In this document: positions 1 to 13,000 of the stretch, in pieces
Layout: every line of letters begins with the position of its first letter
Position numbering within the stretch: position 1 is the stretch's first letter
Source of the DNA: Amoebophrya sp. A120
Taxonomy: Eukaryota; Protista; Dinoflagellata
Reading direction: 5' to 3'
Length of the DNA stretch: 64,000 nt
Assembly (NCBI GenBank): GCA_905178155.1
Contig: CAJINV010000011.1
Coordinates: forward strand, 2,947,144-3,011,143
Program-made: the position numbers and the translations under genes
Notes under the pieces: generated by a model
What the model was told of the DNA's origin: nothing
The model's input: only the letters and a program-made list of their open reading frames with translations
Databases searched by the model: none

Positions 1-280
1 AGAAACCGGGAAAAGGAAAACCGGGAATGGGAAAAGAGAAACCGGGAAAAGGGAAATCGCGACAAGAGAAACCGGCGAAAGGGCAACCGGGAAAAGAGAA
101 ACCGGGGCGAGAGAAACCGAACCGACGAAAGAGAAACCGAGAAAAAAGAAATCGGAGAAAGAGAAACCGCGACAAGAGAAACCAAGAAAGAGAAGCCGAG
201 AAAGCGAAACCGAAAAAAGGGAAGCCGAGGAAAGGATAACCGAGAAAGAGAAACCGAGAAAAAGGAAATCGGAGAAAGAG
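1..280. repeat. Purine-rich degenerate tandem repeat (GAAAAGAGAAACCG-type units)
   Basis: Repeated gagaaaccg/gaaaag units; ORF 27..239 is only its translation. Confidence 0.8.
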
Positions 281-283
281 AGG

Positions 284-480
284 CTTCTCGGCCTTTCGGT
301 CCCTTCTCGGCCTTTCGCCCCCTTCTCGGCCTTTCGGCCCTTTCTCGGCCTTTCGGCCCCTTCTCGGCCTTTCGGCCCCTTCTCGGCCTTTCGGCCCCTT
401 CTCGGCCTTTCGGCCCCTTCTCTGCCTTTCGGCCCCTTGGCCTGTCGGTCGTTATTCAGCCTTTCGGCCTCTCGGCTTCT
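284..480. repeat. 19-bp minisatellite (CTTCTCGGCCTTTCGGCCC)n, about 8 copies plus a decayed tail
   Basis: Directly visible tandem units. Confidence 0.9.
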
Positions 481-1791
481 CGGGCTACAGCTTTCCTGAT
501 TCTCGTTGATCGACACACTGTGGCGACATAACCTGCCAACTTGTAGTATACTACACGAAACTACCTCCCCGCGGAGCGCTACTTGCCGAGCTTGGTTACT
601 GCACCTGATCCGCACAGGCGTCTCTACAAATACAAAACCTAAACTATGGGAGGGCGATACGCGGAATGCTAACTACACGAACGGGCACTATATAAGGAGG
701 GCCACGGCACTATTATACACGCTTTTGTTTCTAGTGCACGACCGGCACACCCGCGAACCTCCGCCCGACGCCACGACCACCGGCACAACGGCAGCGCGAG
801 GGATGGACTATTTCAAGCCTTTTTTGGCATAGAGAAAAGCATCCCTTTACCTTCTTCGCAGTGCGTTTACGGAGCTAACTACTCGCCCGGCGCAACGGGT
901 GGCGCTACAAAAAGCTAATTGCTAACACTGCGAGTCTACGACTAAGACTACTTATGCTGTGTGCTTTTGGTGATTTTACTTCTACTTCTAACTATCCGTC
1001 GCCGTTCCATCGCTTGCCCCGTCCCAGCACAGTCGCGTCGTAAGCCTGATATTAGAGAGCTTGTTGAACGATGACAGGACAGCTTCACGGGGATCGACAA
1101 CGAAATTATCCGCAAACTAGACAAACACTTCAAAATGAAAATATGCGTAGTTGGAGATGAAGACGAAGAAGAAGGCCACGCATAACACAAAACAATAGTT
1201 AAAAAAAATTTAAATTTATCCATACTCCACTTTAACCACACGCACATACAAACCCCCGACGACAAATCTTTGGCGCCACAAGTTGCCCAGAGTCAGTGTG
1301 CACGATCACGGCCTGCGGAAGCTTTTCGGGCAGAGACTCCTTGCCACGAGTACACGTTCCGCCGCTCGCTGAAAAAATACCACGACGAGCTAGTCCATCT
1401 GCAGTCGGCTTGCTTCGGGTACGGTCCGTCGTCGAAGATCCTCCGGCGGTGCGCGGAGGTCTTGGTAAGGTCGGCACGCGCCACACTGCCTCTGGCGGTG
1501 GAGGGAGAAACCCCCACCGGTCGCGTCGTGCTTGCCCTTGTTGCTGCACGGCCTCGCGCTAGACGCTGCCGGAGGAAGGTTGGAGTTTGGCGTTGGTGAC
1601 TATCTCCCTCGGGTCACAGAGCTGCACGGTGGTGCCGGATGGAACCATCTTGGGTGGCGGCGGCGGTGACTTTCACTAGTAGCATAAATGAATCTAGGGC
1701 GCAGCCGGCTGCACCCGGCTGCCTACACATACTCTCCAGGGGCCCCGTGCAGAGGGCCCCGCTCTCGACAGGTTTCTACTAAGTTAGGCTC

Positions 1792-1812
1792 CTTGAGCCA
1801 AAATGGCTACGG
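1792..1812 (-). other. Dinoflagellate spliced leader (DinoSL) genomic copy or relict
   Basis: Minus strand reads CCGTAGCCATTTTGGCTCAAG, identical to the 21 invariant nt of DinoSL. It is followed by GAGCC, not a GT donor, so it is not a standard SL-RNA gene. Confidence 0.9.
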
Positions 1813-1917
1813 GAGCCTGTTTCAGTTTAAAAACGGCTCTGAAATCGATCGACGTATCGTGGATGTGCGTGCACTACTATCATCTTCTGTTTTTCCCCGC
1901 GGGGGGCGTGGCCCCTT

Positions 1918-2290
1918 TTATCTCAACACCCGCGTCCCATCATCTTCTTTGACGAACCACACCCCCGCTACGTTTAGCTCCTCTCTGCCGGAGTTCTCGC
2001 AGAAGAAAACGTCGCCTATCTCGAAAATCACCTCTGGGTCTCCCTCGACCTCCCACGCCCCCGGCCTGCTCGTCGAGCTTACCCACTTTTTTCCAGAGAG
2101 CTTTTCCACTAGGTCCGCCATTGCCGCTGCTTGTTCGGCTTTTTGCTGCTCCAACCGCTGCCGCCTTTCTTCCAGCATTTTTTCGGCCTTTCTTGAGCGC
2201 TTTCCGGGCTCAGGCCCTTTTTTCCTTTGCTCCCTTTTTGCTGTAGCGAAAGGTCTGCGCCTTGTTAGGGTTTCTCGAACTGCGCCTTGT
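1918..2290 (-). pseudogene. 3' fragment of a non-LTR retrotransposon ORF, diverged relative of 3058-3885
   Basis: ERRQRLEQQ..SGKKW..FCENSG.EE..V.GV.F aligns to the C-terminus of ORF 3058..3813. Confidence 0.7.
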
Positions 2291-3057
2291 TAGGGTGTCT
2301 ATGATTTAAGTACATACTCCTTCTTTGTCTAGGTATAATAGCAATAGCTCGTTGATTGTATCTGTGTATCTAGTATAATGAGTGAAAACTGTAGCTGATT
2401 TTATTCATTTTCATATATTCAATATCTGCTTTGATATTTTTTCATCGTTTTTCTCGGCCGCGTCCGTCTCTGTGCTATACAATACCGGAATAAGAAGACG
2501 GCCGGAATAGTTTTGCATAGTTTTTCTCCTTCGTGAAGTTTTCCAAAGTACTTGTGTACCCTTTGGTCGACGTTGCGATAGTACTGGCTACACCAAGTTG
2601 ATCTTTCTTTGCAACTGCGTAGCTACTTATGTTTACGACCACTTGCACTTTTATCGAAAAGAAGAAATCTCCTTTAGTAGAGCGACACCTAGGCTGGACT
2701 ACTTCTCATAAAAAATTGTGATGTAGCTACATTTCTTTCATCATTTCAGGATTTTGATTTTCAGCTTGGTACATACTAAGTAGAGCTCCACGATAGTAAT
2801 CATGAATCAAGTGAAACTAGTCGCCGGCTCACTTTCGCATCGGCAATAACAAGCAGATTAAGTACGCGGGAATTTTACAAACTGAAGCTGCTTCTTCTGT
2901 GCCTGGACAAAGAGCATGCGTTTGCAACCGTACTACTACTACTACAACTGTTTTATCGCGTGGTCTGAAATTCTTGACTCCTCTGTTTTCTTGCCTGCGA
3001 TGTACAGCGTATTGCTATCCTTTTTTGCCCGTGGCGGGCCTCACTTCAGGTAATGGG

Positions 3058-3885
3058 CTAGGCGGTGTTCCAGGTCCCTGTGTGTCTGTCCTTCTGAAAA
3101 ATGACACCCAGCACCGTCGCTTCTTCCATTCCCGAATTCTCACAGAAATTAAAACTACTGACGCGGAAGTTTACTGAGCCTTGTTCCGATTGCGCTGTGA
3201 AGTTGTACTTGGACCTGGGCCGCTTTGTCCACACTTTCCCGCTGATTTGTGCTATTGTTTCCCTTGCTTTTTCCTCCTGTTCTTGTCTCTGCTGCTCCAG
3301 TCGTTGTCTTCGCTCCTGCTCCATCGCCGTGCGTTTTGTGGTTTTTGGTTGTCCTGCTTTCTGTCCTTTTGCTCTCTTTTTCGGCTGTATCTTCCTCTTT
3401 GCGTTCAGCGTCGCCCGGATTGCTATCCCGGTCGGCTTTTGTTCCTTGATTAATTCCAGCGTTAGCCCAAAGGCCTCGAGGTCTTGCTTTATCTGTCGAC
3501 CCCACGGCGTGTTTTTGTGGATTTCTTTCTCTATTCTGCCTACTGACCCTTCTTTCCAGTCGCCCCTGCAGGCGTGCGCCACCCAAGCAATCCGCTTGCC
3601 CTGCACTTCGTCTTCTATGAGCTGCACCCCCAGCTCTTCGCATAGTTCTGCCCTTGACCGGTCTTCGTTCCGGTAATGCCCCCCCAGGATCTGGCGGAGC
3701 GCGTTGTGCTGGAATTTGCGCAGTGCTGTGTCGCCCGCCGGCGACAGCGACCACGCTTCTGCGTTGTATAGCACTACACTAAGAGACAGGGATCTATACA
3801 GTTCGGCTTTCAAATGCGGGGGGAGGCTGCGATCCCGCCAAATTGGCTGCAGCTGTTTGACTACTCCCGTGGCTATCCCGCAGCC
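3058..3885 (-). pseudogene. 5'-truncated RTE/CR1-like non-LTR retrotransposon (RT thumb and C-terminus)
   Basis: QLQPIWRDRSLPPHLKAELYRSLSLSVVLYNAEAW..LRKFQHNALRQILG matches the post-RT pattern IW....K..LY.....LLY..E.W....F....LR.IL. Confidence 0.75.
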
Positions 3886-4079
3886 GTAATTTACTCATGA
3901 TACATCGACAACATCGTCATCTCAGTGATGTGACACAACTGTTACTGAACTGCTAGTACATGAAATTTGTAGCGTTCGTTACGTTCCTTCGAAGCCAGAT
4001 TTTTTCACAGCGTCTTCGTGAGAAGAACCCAAAATAAAAGCCGCACTCTACCGTCACGACAAAATCCGAAGTCCACTGT

Positions 4080-7000
4080 TCATTTTTTTCCGAACGCCGC
4101 ACTTCCTGTGAATGCGCTTGAGTTCGCGCCGGCACCAGGTCTGGGTCCCCCAAATGCCGAGGAGCCGCCCCCAGCCGGAGCGCCAAAGGCCGCGGAGCCC
4201 GACACCGCCGCGCTACTGCCGCCAACGGCCGACGAAGCCCCCACGAACGCCGAACTGCCGCCGGCGAAGCCCTTATTAACCCCGAAGCCGCCACTCGCCG
4301 CTCCGGGAGAGCCCCCGCCGGGCTTGTTGCGCATGGCCGTCGCGGCTGCGCCCCCTCGCTGCGCCGTGTAAAACTCGCCGCCCGCTTGGTCCAACTTCAT
4401 GCCGGCATCCTTTCCCAACTGTAGTTTCGCCTTCATCTTCTTCCTCCCCCCCGACGCCGCCCCCGCGACCGCCGCCAGTGCGTCCGCGGTGTGCTCCGCT
4501 TCCGCGGCCTCCAGCAGCGCCAAGGCCGGGTCCTTCGGCCTCGGGCGTCGCGTGCACAAAATGTTGTGGCGGCAAACAAACAGAAAGGTGCACCCGAACA
4601 GGACAAAGAGCACGAGGAGGCCCAACCCGCTCGGGTATTCAAACAGGACTAGAATCGGATTGGTGAAGCTCTCCAACGTTTCCAGTGCGGAGGGCTTCAG
4701 AAGGCACCACAGGTAAAACGGCGGCCCACTGGAAAGCGATAAAAAACTGCTCGCTACGGTAGCGGTACTGGTACTACTGTTGTTCTGACGCCCTGCACTG
4801 CGAGTTCTTGGACTTTCATCATCATCTTGCAGAAGTAGTTCGGTAAGCGAGGCAGATTTGTCTTTGTTCTTCTCCTGCGTTCTACTTCTTGTCACACGCT
4901 CGTCACCACGCCGAGGACCGTTTGTATTTTCATCTTTGTCGAGAGTGCCGCGCTGGTTTTTGTTCTCGTCGTGGTCAGAATCTTTCCTTTTTGCCGGAAC
5001 AACGTTGTCGACGCTCTTCCCCCGTCGTCCGGCGGCTTTGTTCATCTTTGTTTGACGTCTTTTTTCTTCTTTCTCGTCGTAGTGGTCCATCATCTTGACA
5101 ATGGTATCGACTTTCGCTCCAGGATTAATTTCGTTGTACATCTCGGCGTGGCGGCGCGCATGCCACACGCGCTGCTGGACCGCCAGTCGCCGCTCGACCC
5201 TCCGGGTCACCCGCTTCTGCATCTGCGCGGCATGGAGCGCGCGGAAGACACGCGACTGATACGCCTTTTGGGTCGCGTTCGAGTTCGTGGCGAGAAATTT
5301 GCGACATCAAAACGGGAAGAAGCTGCGCCCCAACCCAAGCACTCCATTGAGAGAAACTGGCATAATGATATATGCACACAACTGCAGGAACAACAATGAA
5401 GAGTCTGCCTGTAGCTACGCTGCTGGAGCAACAGCAAATGCAAAAAGCTTCATTGCAAAAAAAAATACAAACGCTTTTCTGCGCCACTACTTGTTGCAGC
5501 AGGACGGGGCGCTCTTCACTTTGATACGCCAATCTCTACATCCAGCTCGTCTTCTATGGCGACAGCTAGCCACTTTCGCATCGCCTCCTCGGGCTCGACC
5601 TTGTTGCCATTTCTAGTGATGATGAGGGAGGAGGAGGAGGACAAGGAGGACGCCGAAGATGCAGCTGCTGCTTCCCCTCCTGCGTCTTGTTTCTCTTGCG
5701 CTGCACCAACGTCGTCACTGCCCGCGCCCCCTCCCGCTTCTGGCAAAACACCGCCACTTCCGCTTTGCAGCGTGACGTTGCGGACGAAGTCAATTTGGAT
5801 TCCGCCCAAAGTGATCGAGGTGTTTGAGCTGTTCGTCTGCTCCCAGAGAACATGCTCGCGCAACTTCTCCCGGATGAGCTCGTTTAGCGCCGGGTTCTGC
5901 AAAAACTTCTGCTCCAGCTCGCTGCCCGCCGCGGGTTTCGAACCCTTGAAGATATGGCGTTGTTCTCAGATGTTACATTGTCAACCGTTACATGAATTTG
6001 TGACGCAAAAATTAAGAAGCTGTTTAGCCCTTCAAAAATTTGTCATTCGAAATAGCTTCATCGTGTGGATGCTGATGTGCAGTTTGCATGATAAATCATT
6101 TATAACAGTTGAGAATGTAACAGTTGAGAAGGCCATAAAAGATCAGCGTGACGTTGAAGGAAAGACCCGCCCCTATCAAGAGGAAAAATCCCCCCTCCCC
6201 ATATTGAAAGCGCATCCTTCTCGAAATCTGTCATGCAGATTTGTGGCCACAAATCCTGTCTGTCTTGCGAGAAAGCAAATTGAGAGAGTCCACCGCATTA
6301 TTGACGAGGCGGTTTGTGATGCTGTTGGGCCTACACCGTCGACATTTTTCATGCCGGGAGCCTACGCCAAAACCTCTCGGCTCAGACTTGGCATATGCCT
6401 GCAGTCCTCTACTGCAAGACAAATCTGATTTGTGTACTGAAATCCAGCATCAGAAACTTCGTTTCGATATGGGGAGGGGGGATTTCTCCTTTTGATAGCC
6501 CCCCCACCGTCGGAGGACTCCACCGCGTGGCCATGAGTCACGATGATACGCTCCGGGTTCTGCCGCTTGGTTTCGGCGGTTCGTTTCCCTCTTGCCTGTT
6601 TTTCTTTTTTCCGCGCCGCGGAAAAGGACCTCGACGTCCGGGATGTTGACCGTCGAAGAACGCCTTCCTTCCGAATATCCTGTGTAAAAGTTAAAGTATC
6701 GTACTCGTAGTAATCGCAATTTTGCATTACAAATCTTTTTCTTAGGGTAAATCCGCATTTATTTCTCATGTTGAGGAAATTTGTCATGCGATTTTCATTT
6801 TATACTAGTACGATGCTCTGTTTTACAATTCATACCGAATCAATGAGGTTGAGGACAACGAGGCGGCGGATCCAGCTTTTCCTGCCTCTTCCTCCGCAGC
6901 CTCGGCGGCGGAAGATTCTGTGCCGTTGGCTCCCGCCGCGCTAGTATCAGCGGAAGCAGCGGCGGCATCAGCTGCAGCGGTCGTCTCTCCGGCCGCGTTT

Positions 7001-10000
7001 ACATAGAGGTTCAAGCTGTTGGCGATCGCCTTTTGCACTTTCCCATCGAAAGTCGTGTCTTGCTCGGAAGCTGCGGGAGGAGTAGCACTGCCCCCCTCGT
7101 CGTCTCCCTCGCCTGTCTGTGCGGCAGACGTCTCGATGTTCCTCCTGGTGGATCTTTTGCCACGTTTCTGGACTCGTCTTAGGTTCTTCACCTTTGTTCT
7201 TCTTCCCGACCACGCGGCCCTCTCCGCGTTGTCACGACCACCAGCGGCCTCATGATTTGGAAGATGGTCTTGCTCAAGTGGTGCCAGCTCTTTGTTATTT
7301 TCTGACGACAGCAACTGCACGAACGAAGAACTCGTGGCTGAAGATTATATCCAGAGGAACAACGTGGTCCCCAGCACGACCCCACAGTTGTCATGCTAAA
7401 CAGAAGTGCGACACGACACTTTGCGTTCGGGTTTGCCTCCCCCCCACTACAGTTGATGTCATGCAAATCTGCATGCCCAGAACATCGATCTGTAAAAATG
7501 CGGCTCCTCATTACGGGTATTCTCTAGTCGTGTTCTTTCGTAATGATATACCGGACTATACTGCGTCCCCAAAGAACCTGTCATGTCGTGCCAGTCCCAA
7601 AACTTGTGGACTTGTCTAGCAGAAGATGAAGATCATACATTGTTCCCCCTCTTGACCATGGGGTCGTCGTGGTTGGGACGGACGTTTTTACACAAGATAG
7701 AAGAACCTTCCTCCTCGGCCGCGGCAGCGGCCTCGGCCGCCGCTTTTTGCTCGGCCCGCAGTTCCTCCATGTCGTCGTCGTTCAGCGTCATCCGGATCGT
7801 CATTTCGGACTGCCCGGCGAGCCTCGCCTCGACCGCCGCTGGCGGAAAGAGTTGCGCCAGGTCAATGGCTTGGTTCACGCCGCTCAGAGCCTGCTGGAGA
7901 TCAACATTTTGCGGCGGGCTGTTGCTGCCGGACGGTATTCGGCTGCGCTTGAGCCACACCCGGTTTGCCGACATGCTCCTATCGATCGCCGAGGCGTTGT
8001 ATGATACCCCGTCACTGTCTTCGTTCGCGAAGATCTTGAATGCGCAGCTTATGCAACAAAAAAAGGATTGTAGGTGTAACTTTGTGATGCGCTACATGCA
8101 AGGTCGTGATTGCGTCTGTTATGCTGGTATATGCATTCCAGGGTCATTTCATGCGCGTTTTCAATTTCATGTACTATCAATCTGCGCATGACCGGTTTTT
8201 GTTGCTGTCATGCCAGACAGGTTTGGACAACTGCTGTTCCGCCAAAAAAGTTGCAACAGCCATAAAATTTTTGTGTTGGATACAGCTTGGCTGCATCCCG
8301 ATACTGGAATAGAAAGCGTGTTCGCTGCGCACATTGCTGTTCTCCGCGGTCAATTTGTACTCGTATAATGTGGAATAGCTATTACTCGCACTTGTAATAC
8401 TATTGACCACGGTACCGGGGGGCAGAAGCAGCGCGTAGTTGCCCAGATCTTGCAAGTTTTCCAGGTCGGCGTTGATCGCTATCCCACTGGAAGAGACAGG
8501 CACCGGAGCACATGTATAATTTGTATATGCAAAAATGAATACACGACAGGAAGACCTGCACTGCGTGCCCTATTAAGCACCATGCTATGGGCGTGCCCAT
8601 TATAACAGATTTCGTTTTTGCATGCTTCTTATGTTTTGCATATACACAATAGAGGAACCTGCCCTGCCTGCTTTTTTCTGTGGGATAATCTTCACGGTTG
8701 CAGGTCCTGCGTTTGCGGGTGCCACGTAATGTTCTTTCCGGTCTCCATTGAAAAAGTTACCATCGTGCTGGATCCCGTAACAGAGCTATGCCAAGGAAAA
8801 GTGTATAGATACAGCTACATCTGTTCGAAACCCTACTTCAGCAGCACATGCAGCTTCAGGACAGCGAAAACTTGCGACGCAGAGATCCTAAAGGAAAGCT
8901 ACACGTATGAAGCGAGGCGCGCAAGCCTATTTTTCGGCAGGACAGAAGGACAGGTTGTCTGCCTTGCATGTCCTGCAACAGCAGGGGCACAAAAGTGTTT
9001 AGTGCCTGTACTTATTTCGTAAAACTGTAGCACTTTACTTTTCCTGGCATAAGAGCGTGGTCGCCACACTTCCGTCACTGTGCACAAATCCAGTGTCACA
9101 CGCCGTTTTCGCATCTTGATGGCATTCTCAACTGTTACATTTTCAACTGTTACACGGATTTGTCATGCAAAATTTTTTTTTTTTTTTTGATTGGGCCCCA
9201 TTCGCATATAAATTCATCATTTTTTTTAAGCTAGGAGCCGGTGTGCGTTACTTAACATGTGAATTCTGATCTCACGGACACCGACCTGCGACTAAACAGG
9301 ACCGGGCCGACACAATAATTCACACAGTTAAGCAGATTTGTCATGCAAAATTGCCATCAGCCTCCACCTGATCAATGTGGTTAGCATGACAAATTTTCGA
9401 AGGGCTAAATAACATGAGGTTCTGTGGCAAATCCGTGATGCGAAAGCTGCAATATTGCCACTTTTCTTTCAGTATTTCTCCTCTTGGATCACAAATCCAT
9501 GTAACAGTTGAGAATGTAACGTTTGAGAACGCCATACTCTTCTAGCCCGAAATAGAACCGCGGGGTGTAGAAAGAGTTGCAGAAAGCGCCGTCGATCTCC
9601 TCATAGGACTCGCAACAGGATTCTACGTCGTCGTGGAGCTGTTCTTTACCGTCATCGGTTTTCATCTGACATTCGCTGGTTTCCGCCGCCTCGCACAGCC
9701 CCATCTTTTGTTCCGTCGAGTACAGAGGTGCCTCGGAAACCTGCCTCTGGCGTTCTCAAGCGTTACGCTGTCAACAGTTGCATGAGTTTGTAATACAAGA
9801 ATGGCAAAAGTGACAGGGGTGGGGTGACCTTGCGCGTCTTGCATGACAGATTCGGAACAGATTTTGAGCCTGTTTGGCTCTACTTCGAGGATTTGTCATG
9901 CAAAGCAGCTTGATCGCGTCGATTCTGATTGTAAATGTGCATGACAAACCATGTTGTAACAGTTGAGAATGTAACATTTGAGAACGCCATACTGCCAGAT

Positions 10001-13000
10001 CTCCGTGTCCAAGCAGTTCAGCTCAGTCACGTTCGCCGTGATCGCACCGCCCACGCCTCCAAAATATCGGGACATGGGATATTTGTCTGCATCATTTTTG
10101 AGCACGAAAAGCCCGAGGACGTCCGCCGTGACACCGTTCAGGAACGGGCACACCCGTATCAAGTGCAACAGTGTCTGGGTCAGGGTCTGGAAAAGTGTAG
10201 ACTTGTCATGCAGATTTTCCATGACCCTTGAGGTCGTCTGGAGTGCGGGACCTAGCATGATAGACTCTGCGAGGTCTCCGCCATGCCTGTCCTGCATGAG
10301 GAACTCCCTTCCAACTTGGTCAAAAGTGGACAGCTTTTGGCACTCATGCAACACAGATTTTTGCATGCTTCAGATTTACCATGACAAGTTGCAATCTTCC
10401 AAACCCAGACATTTTTGCAATCCATAACCCGACGCCGGGTGCAACAGGAGGCTTTGTCCGCGTCGGAATTGCAGTCAAAGTCGGAACAGTATTTATCGCA
10501 AGAAAAAAGTGTTACAGTTACACATTGTGTTGCAAGACCACCAACACAGGCAACCTTTCTCATGCAGGAAATGCCTGGGAGCCTCGTTTCCTTCCTGTTT
10601 TCCCTTATGATCTTCGCATTACAAGTTTGCTCTGCCACACAGAGAAAATTTGTGATGCAGAAACTCCAACAAATGTGTTACTGTAACACTTTTTTCTCCT
10701 GATAGTATTACCGTGAAAAATAATGCCCCCATCCCATCAAAACCTGGCAGCGTTTGTATTTTTGCAAAGCTTTGCAATGGAAACATTCTCTCCCCATCTT
10801 GCATGTTTCAGCATCGCAACTTTTCAATGCTGAACAGTTAAATTTTTGGTGTTGCACAACGAGAGCCCAGCAACAGCCGGATCTGTTATGTAAAAGATGC
10901 CTCGCTCGAATGGATAATTCCACGTCAGAAAGACTCATAGTCCTTTCATGCAAGACAAAAAGTTCCCAACGTGTGGAAACCTTGCGTCATAAATGTTTGC
11001 AACTTCTGGGGTGGGACAGCTTTTCATTGTAATAAACAGTCGCCGACAGGGTTCTTAGCCGCGTCGCCTCGGACGAACCCCGCCTCGAATCCGGGGCACT
11101 CCTGGTTAGTGCCAAAAAACCGCCCCTGGGGGGGAACCTGGTTAGTGCCGCATTTGGGGAAACAGCACGTGTTCAGGTCGTGATTTCGGTACGTATTTGG
11201 ATTAAGATAATAAGATGTGCCGTCGCATTCATTCGAGTATTACAATGAAAAATGCCCCCACCCCAGAACTTGGCACCATTTGTATTGCAATCCCTTCAAA
11301 TGGAAACTACATTCCCCGTCTGGCTCTGGCATATCTCAGCATCACAAATTTTCCATCCTGAATAGCTCAGATTTGTGTTGCAAAGGAGCCCAACAGCACG
11401 CTGCCTGATCTGTTTATGCAAAAGACACCTTCCACCGCACCTAGATTCTGCATGATCCGAAAGGCTCGCAATCCTTTCACGCATAGAAGATAAAAAGTTC
11501 TTCATTTGAGAACCTTATGCATGGCAAACTTTTGCAAATTCCGGGGTCGTGGAAACATTTTTCATTGTAGTATCGAGAGGCAGAATAAATTCGTTTTGTC
11601 GTCCACCGGCCTTTTTGTTCGTCCAGCGTTTTGGCACAAGTTTGTCGCAGCGCTGCAGAGCTCAAAGCATCCGGAAAAGACCAACTTTCCTCCCGAAAAC
11701 GGACACTTGAACTGTGCGCAAGGAGCAGGCGCCGGAGCTGTGCGGTGGGTTTCGGGATCACACTGCAAGTTGGCGCTTGACATTGTCAAACTGCCGTTTG
11801 GCTCCGCGAGCTTCAAGAGCTTGCTTTTCTGGTATACGTAGCCTTTCTTGTTGTTTTGGTCGTTTTTTATTTCCGTGCAGCCTTGCACGCAGCAAATGTC
11901 GCGGTCCGCCGTGCCCGTGCATTGAAAACTGCCGCACGTTGCGTCTGTGACGCTCTGGCCCGCCATGACATTTTTGGAAAAATACGGGTTGTTCCCGGTA
12001 AAGCTAGCGCAGAAAGGGCTGCTGCCCGTCTCGGCGTCGCCGCAGCTTTGTATGCAGCAAGCATGCTTGTCAGCGTCGTTGTTCTGGATGTCGCAGTCAT
12101 CGCCCTTACTGTCGTATCCACCGAAAATAAATAAAACTCTGTTGGTCGTGCAACCGCGTGCTACTAACTTTGATAGCGTCGCATGGCTTGTCGTGCCTAC
12201 TTATTTGCCAGCATGTGAAATAAAACAGCTTATGAAGCGACGGCTTAATGGTTGCCTGCTGGCATGGCAAGTGTAGTGTTGCAGTCGTGTCTTGTATGGG
12301 CGGCTCCTTCCTCGAGATGTTGAATGCAATGAACTTATGCGTATCCTTACTTTTTACAACCAACGCAGTTTAATATTCTCGTGCGATATGTGGCATGTGG
12401 CGTCACCGCCCCTCGTCTTAGATATGGCGTTCTCAAACCAACGCTACATTCTCAACTGTTACATGAATTTGTCATGCATTTGCACGATCATTCACAAGAT
12501 CAAGCTGCTTCGCATGACAAATTTGCGAAGGGCTAAACAGCACCAAAATCTGCGCACAATTTGTATTGCAAAAGGCACAATCATCCTCCTTTTTCTTTTG
12601 CCGACGTTCTTGCATTACAAATTCATGCAACAGGAGTTGAGAATGTCACATTTGAGAACGCCCTATTAGACGGGCACTTGTTCTGGTTGAGTGGGTGGGA
12701 GCACTTCATGAGACAGCACGTGTCGCGGTCAATGCCGTCGAAGTCGCAATTGTTGCTCTCGCAGACGCATCCTGTGCAAAACAAGTATCGTACTTGTACT
12801 AATTGCAAATATAGATGCTTTTCTCAAGGTCAAACAGCATTACAAATTGCATTTGTCTTGCTGGGCTAATTTGTAATGCAACTTATACTAGTACGGCACT
12901 TTTGCACTGCATAAGACGCCACTTTCGCTTATTGACCAGTGACTGCTTTGGTCGGGTGGTGAGTGCGCGCCGCACTGTGAGCTCTCCATCGTACTGTGTG

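Noticed and set aside
2255-2296. Telomeric repeats (TTAGGG twice)
   Set aside because: Just a 17-bp local duplication at a retro-fragment edge, not an array.
5257-5530. 9-bp direct repeat TGATACGCC as an element boundary
   Set aside because: The repeat-based join enters a short dead frame, whereas GT-AG intron 5265-5527 joins the long terminal exon.
8041-8192. Non-canonical intron bounded only by the 6-bp direct repeat TGCGCA
   Set aside because: A canonical GT-AG intron (8048-8192) also restores the frame, so no non-canonical event is needed.
8511-8651. Possible introner with TGTATATGCAAAA inverted repeats
   Set aside because: The candidate repeat gagca/gagga did not restore the expected frame; boundaries unresolved.
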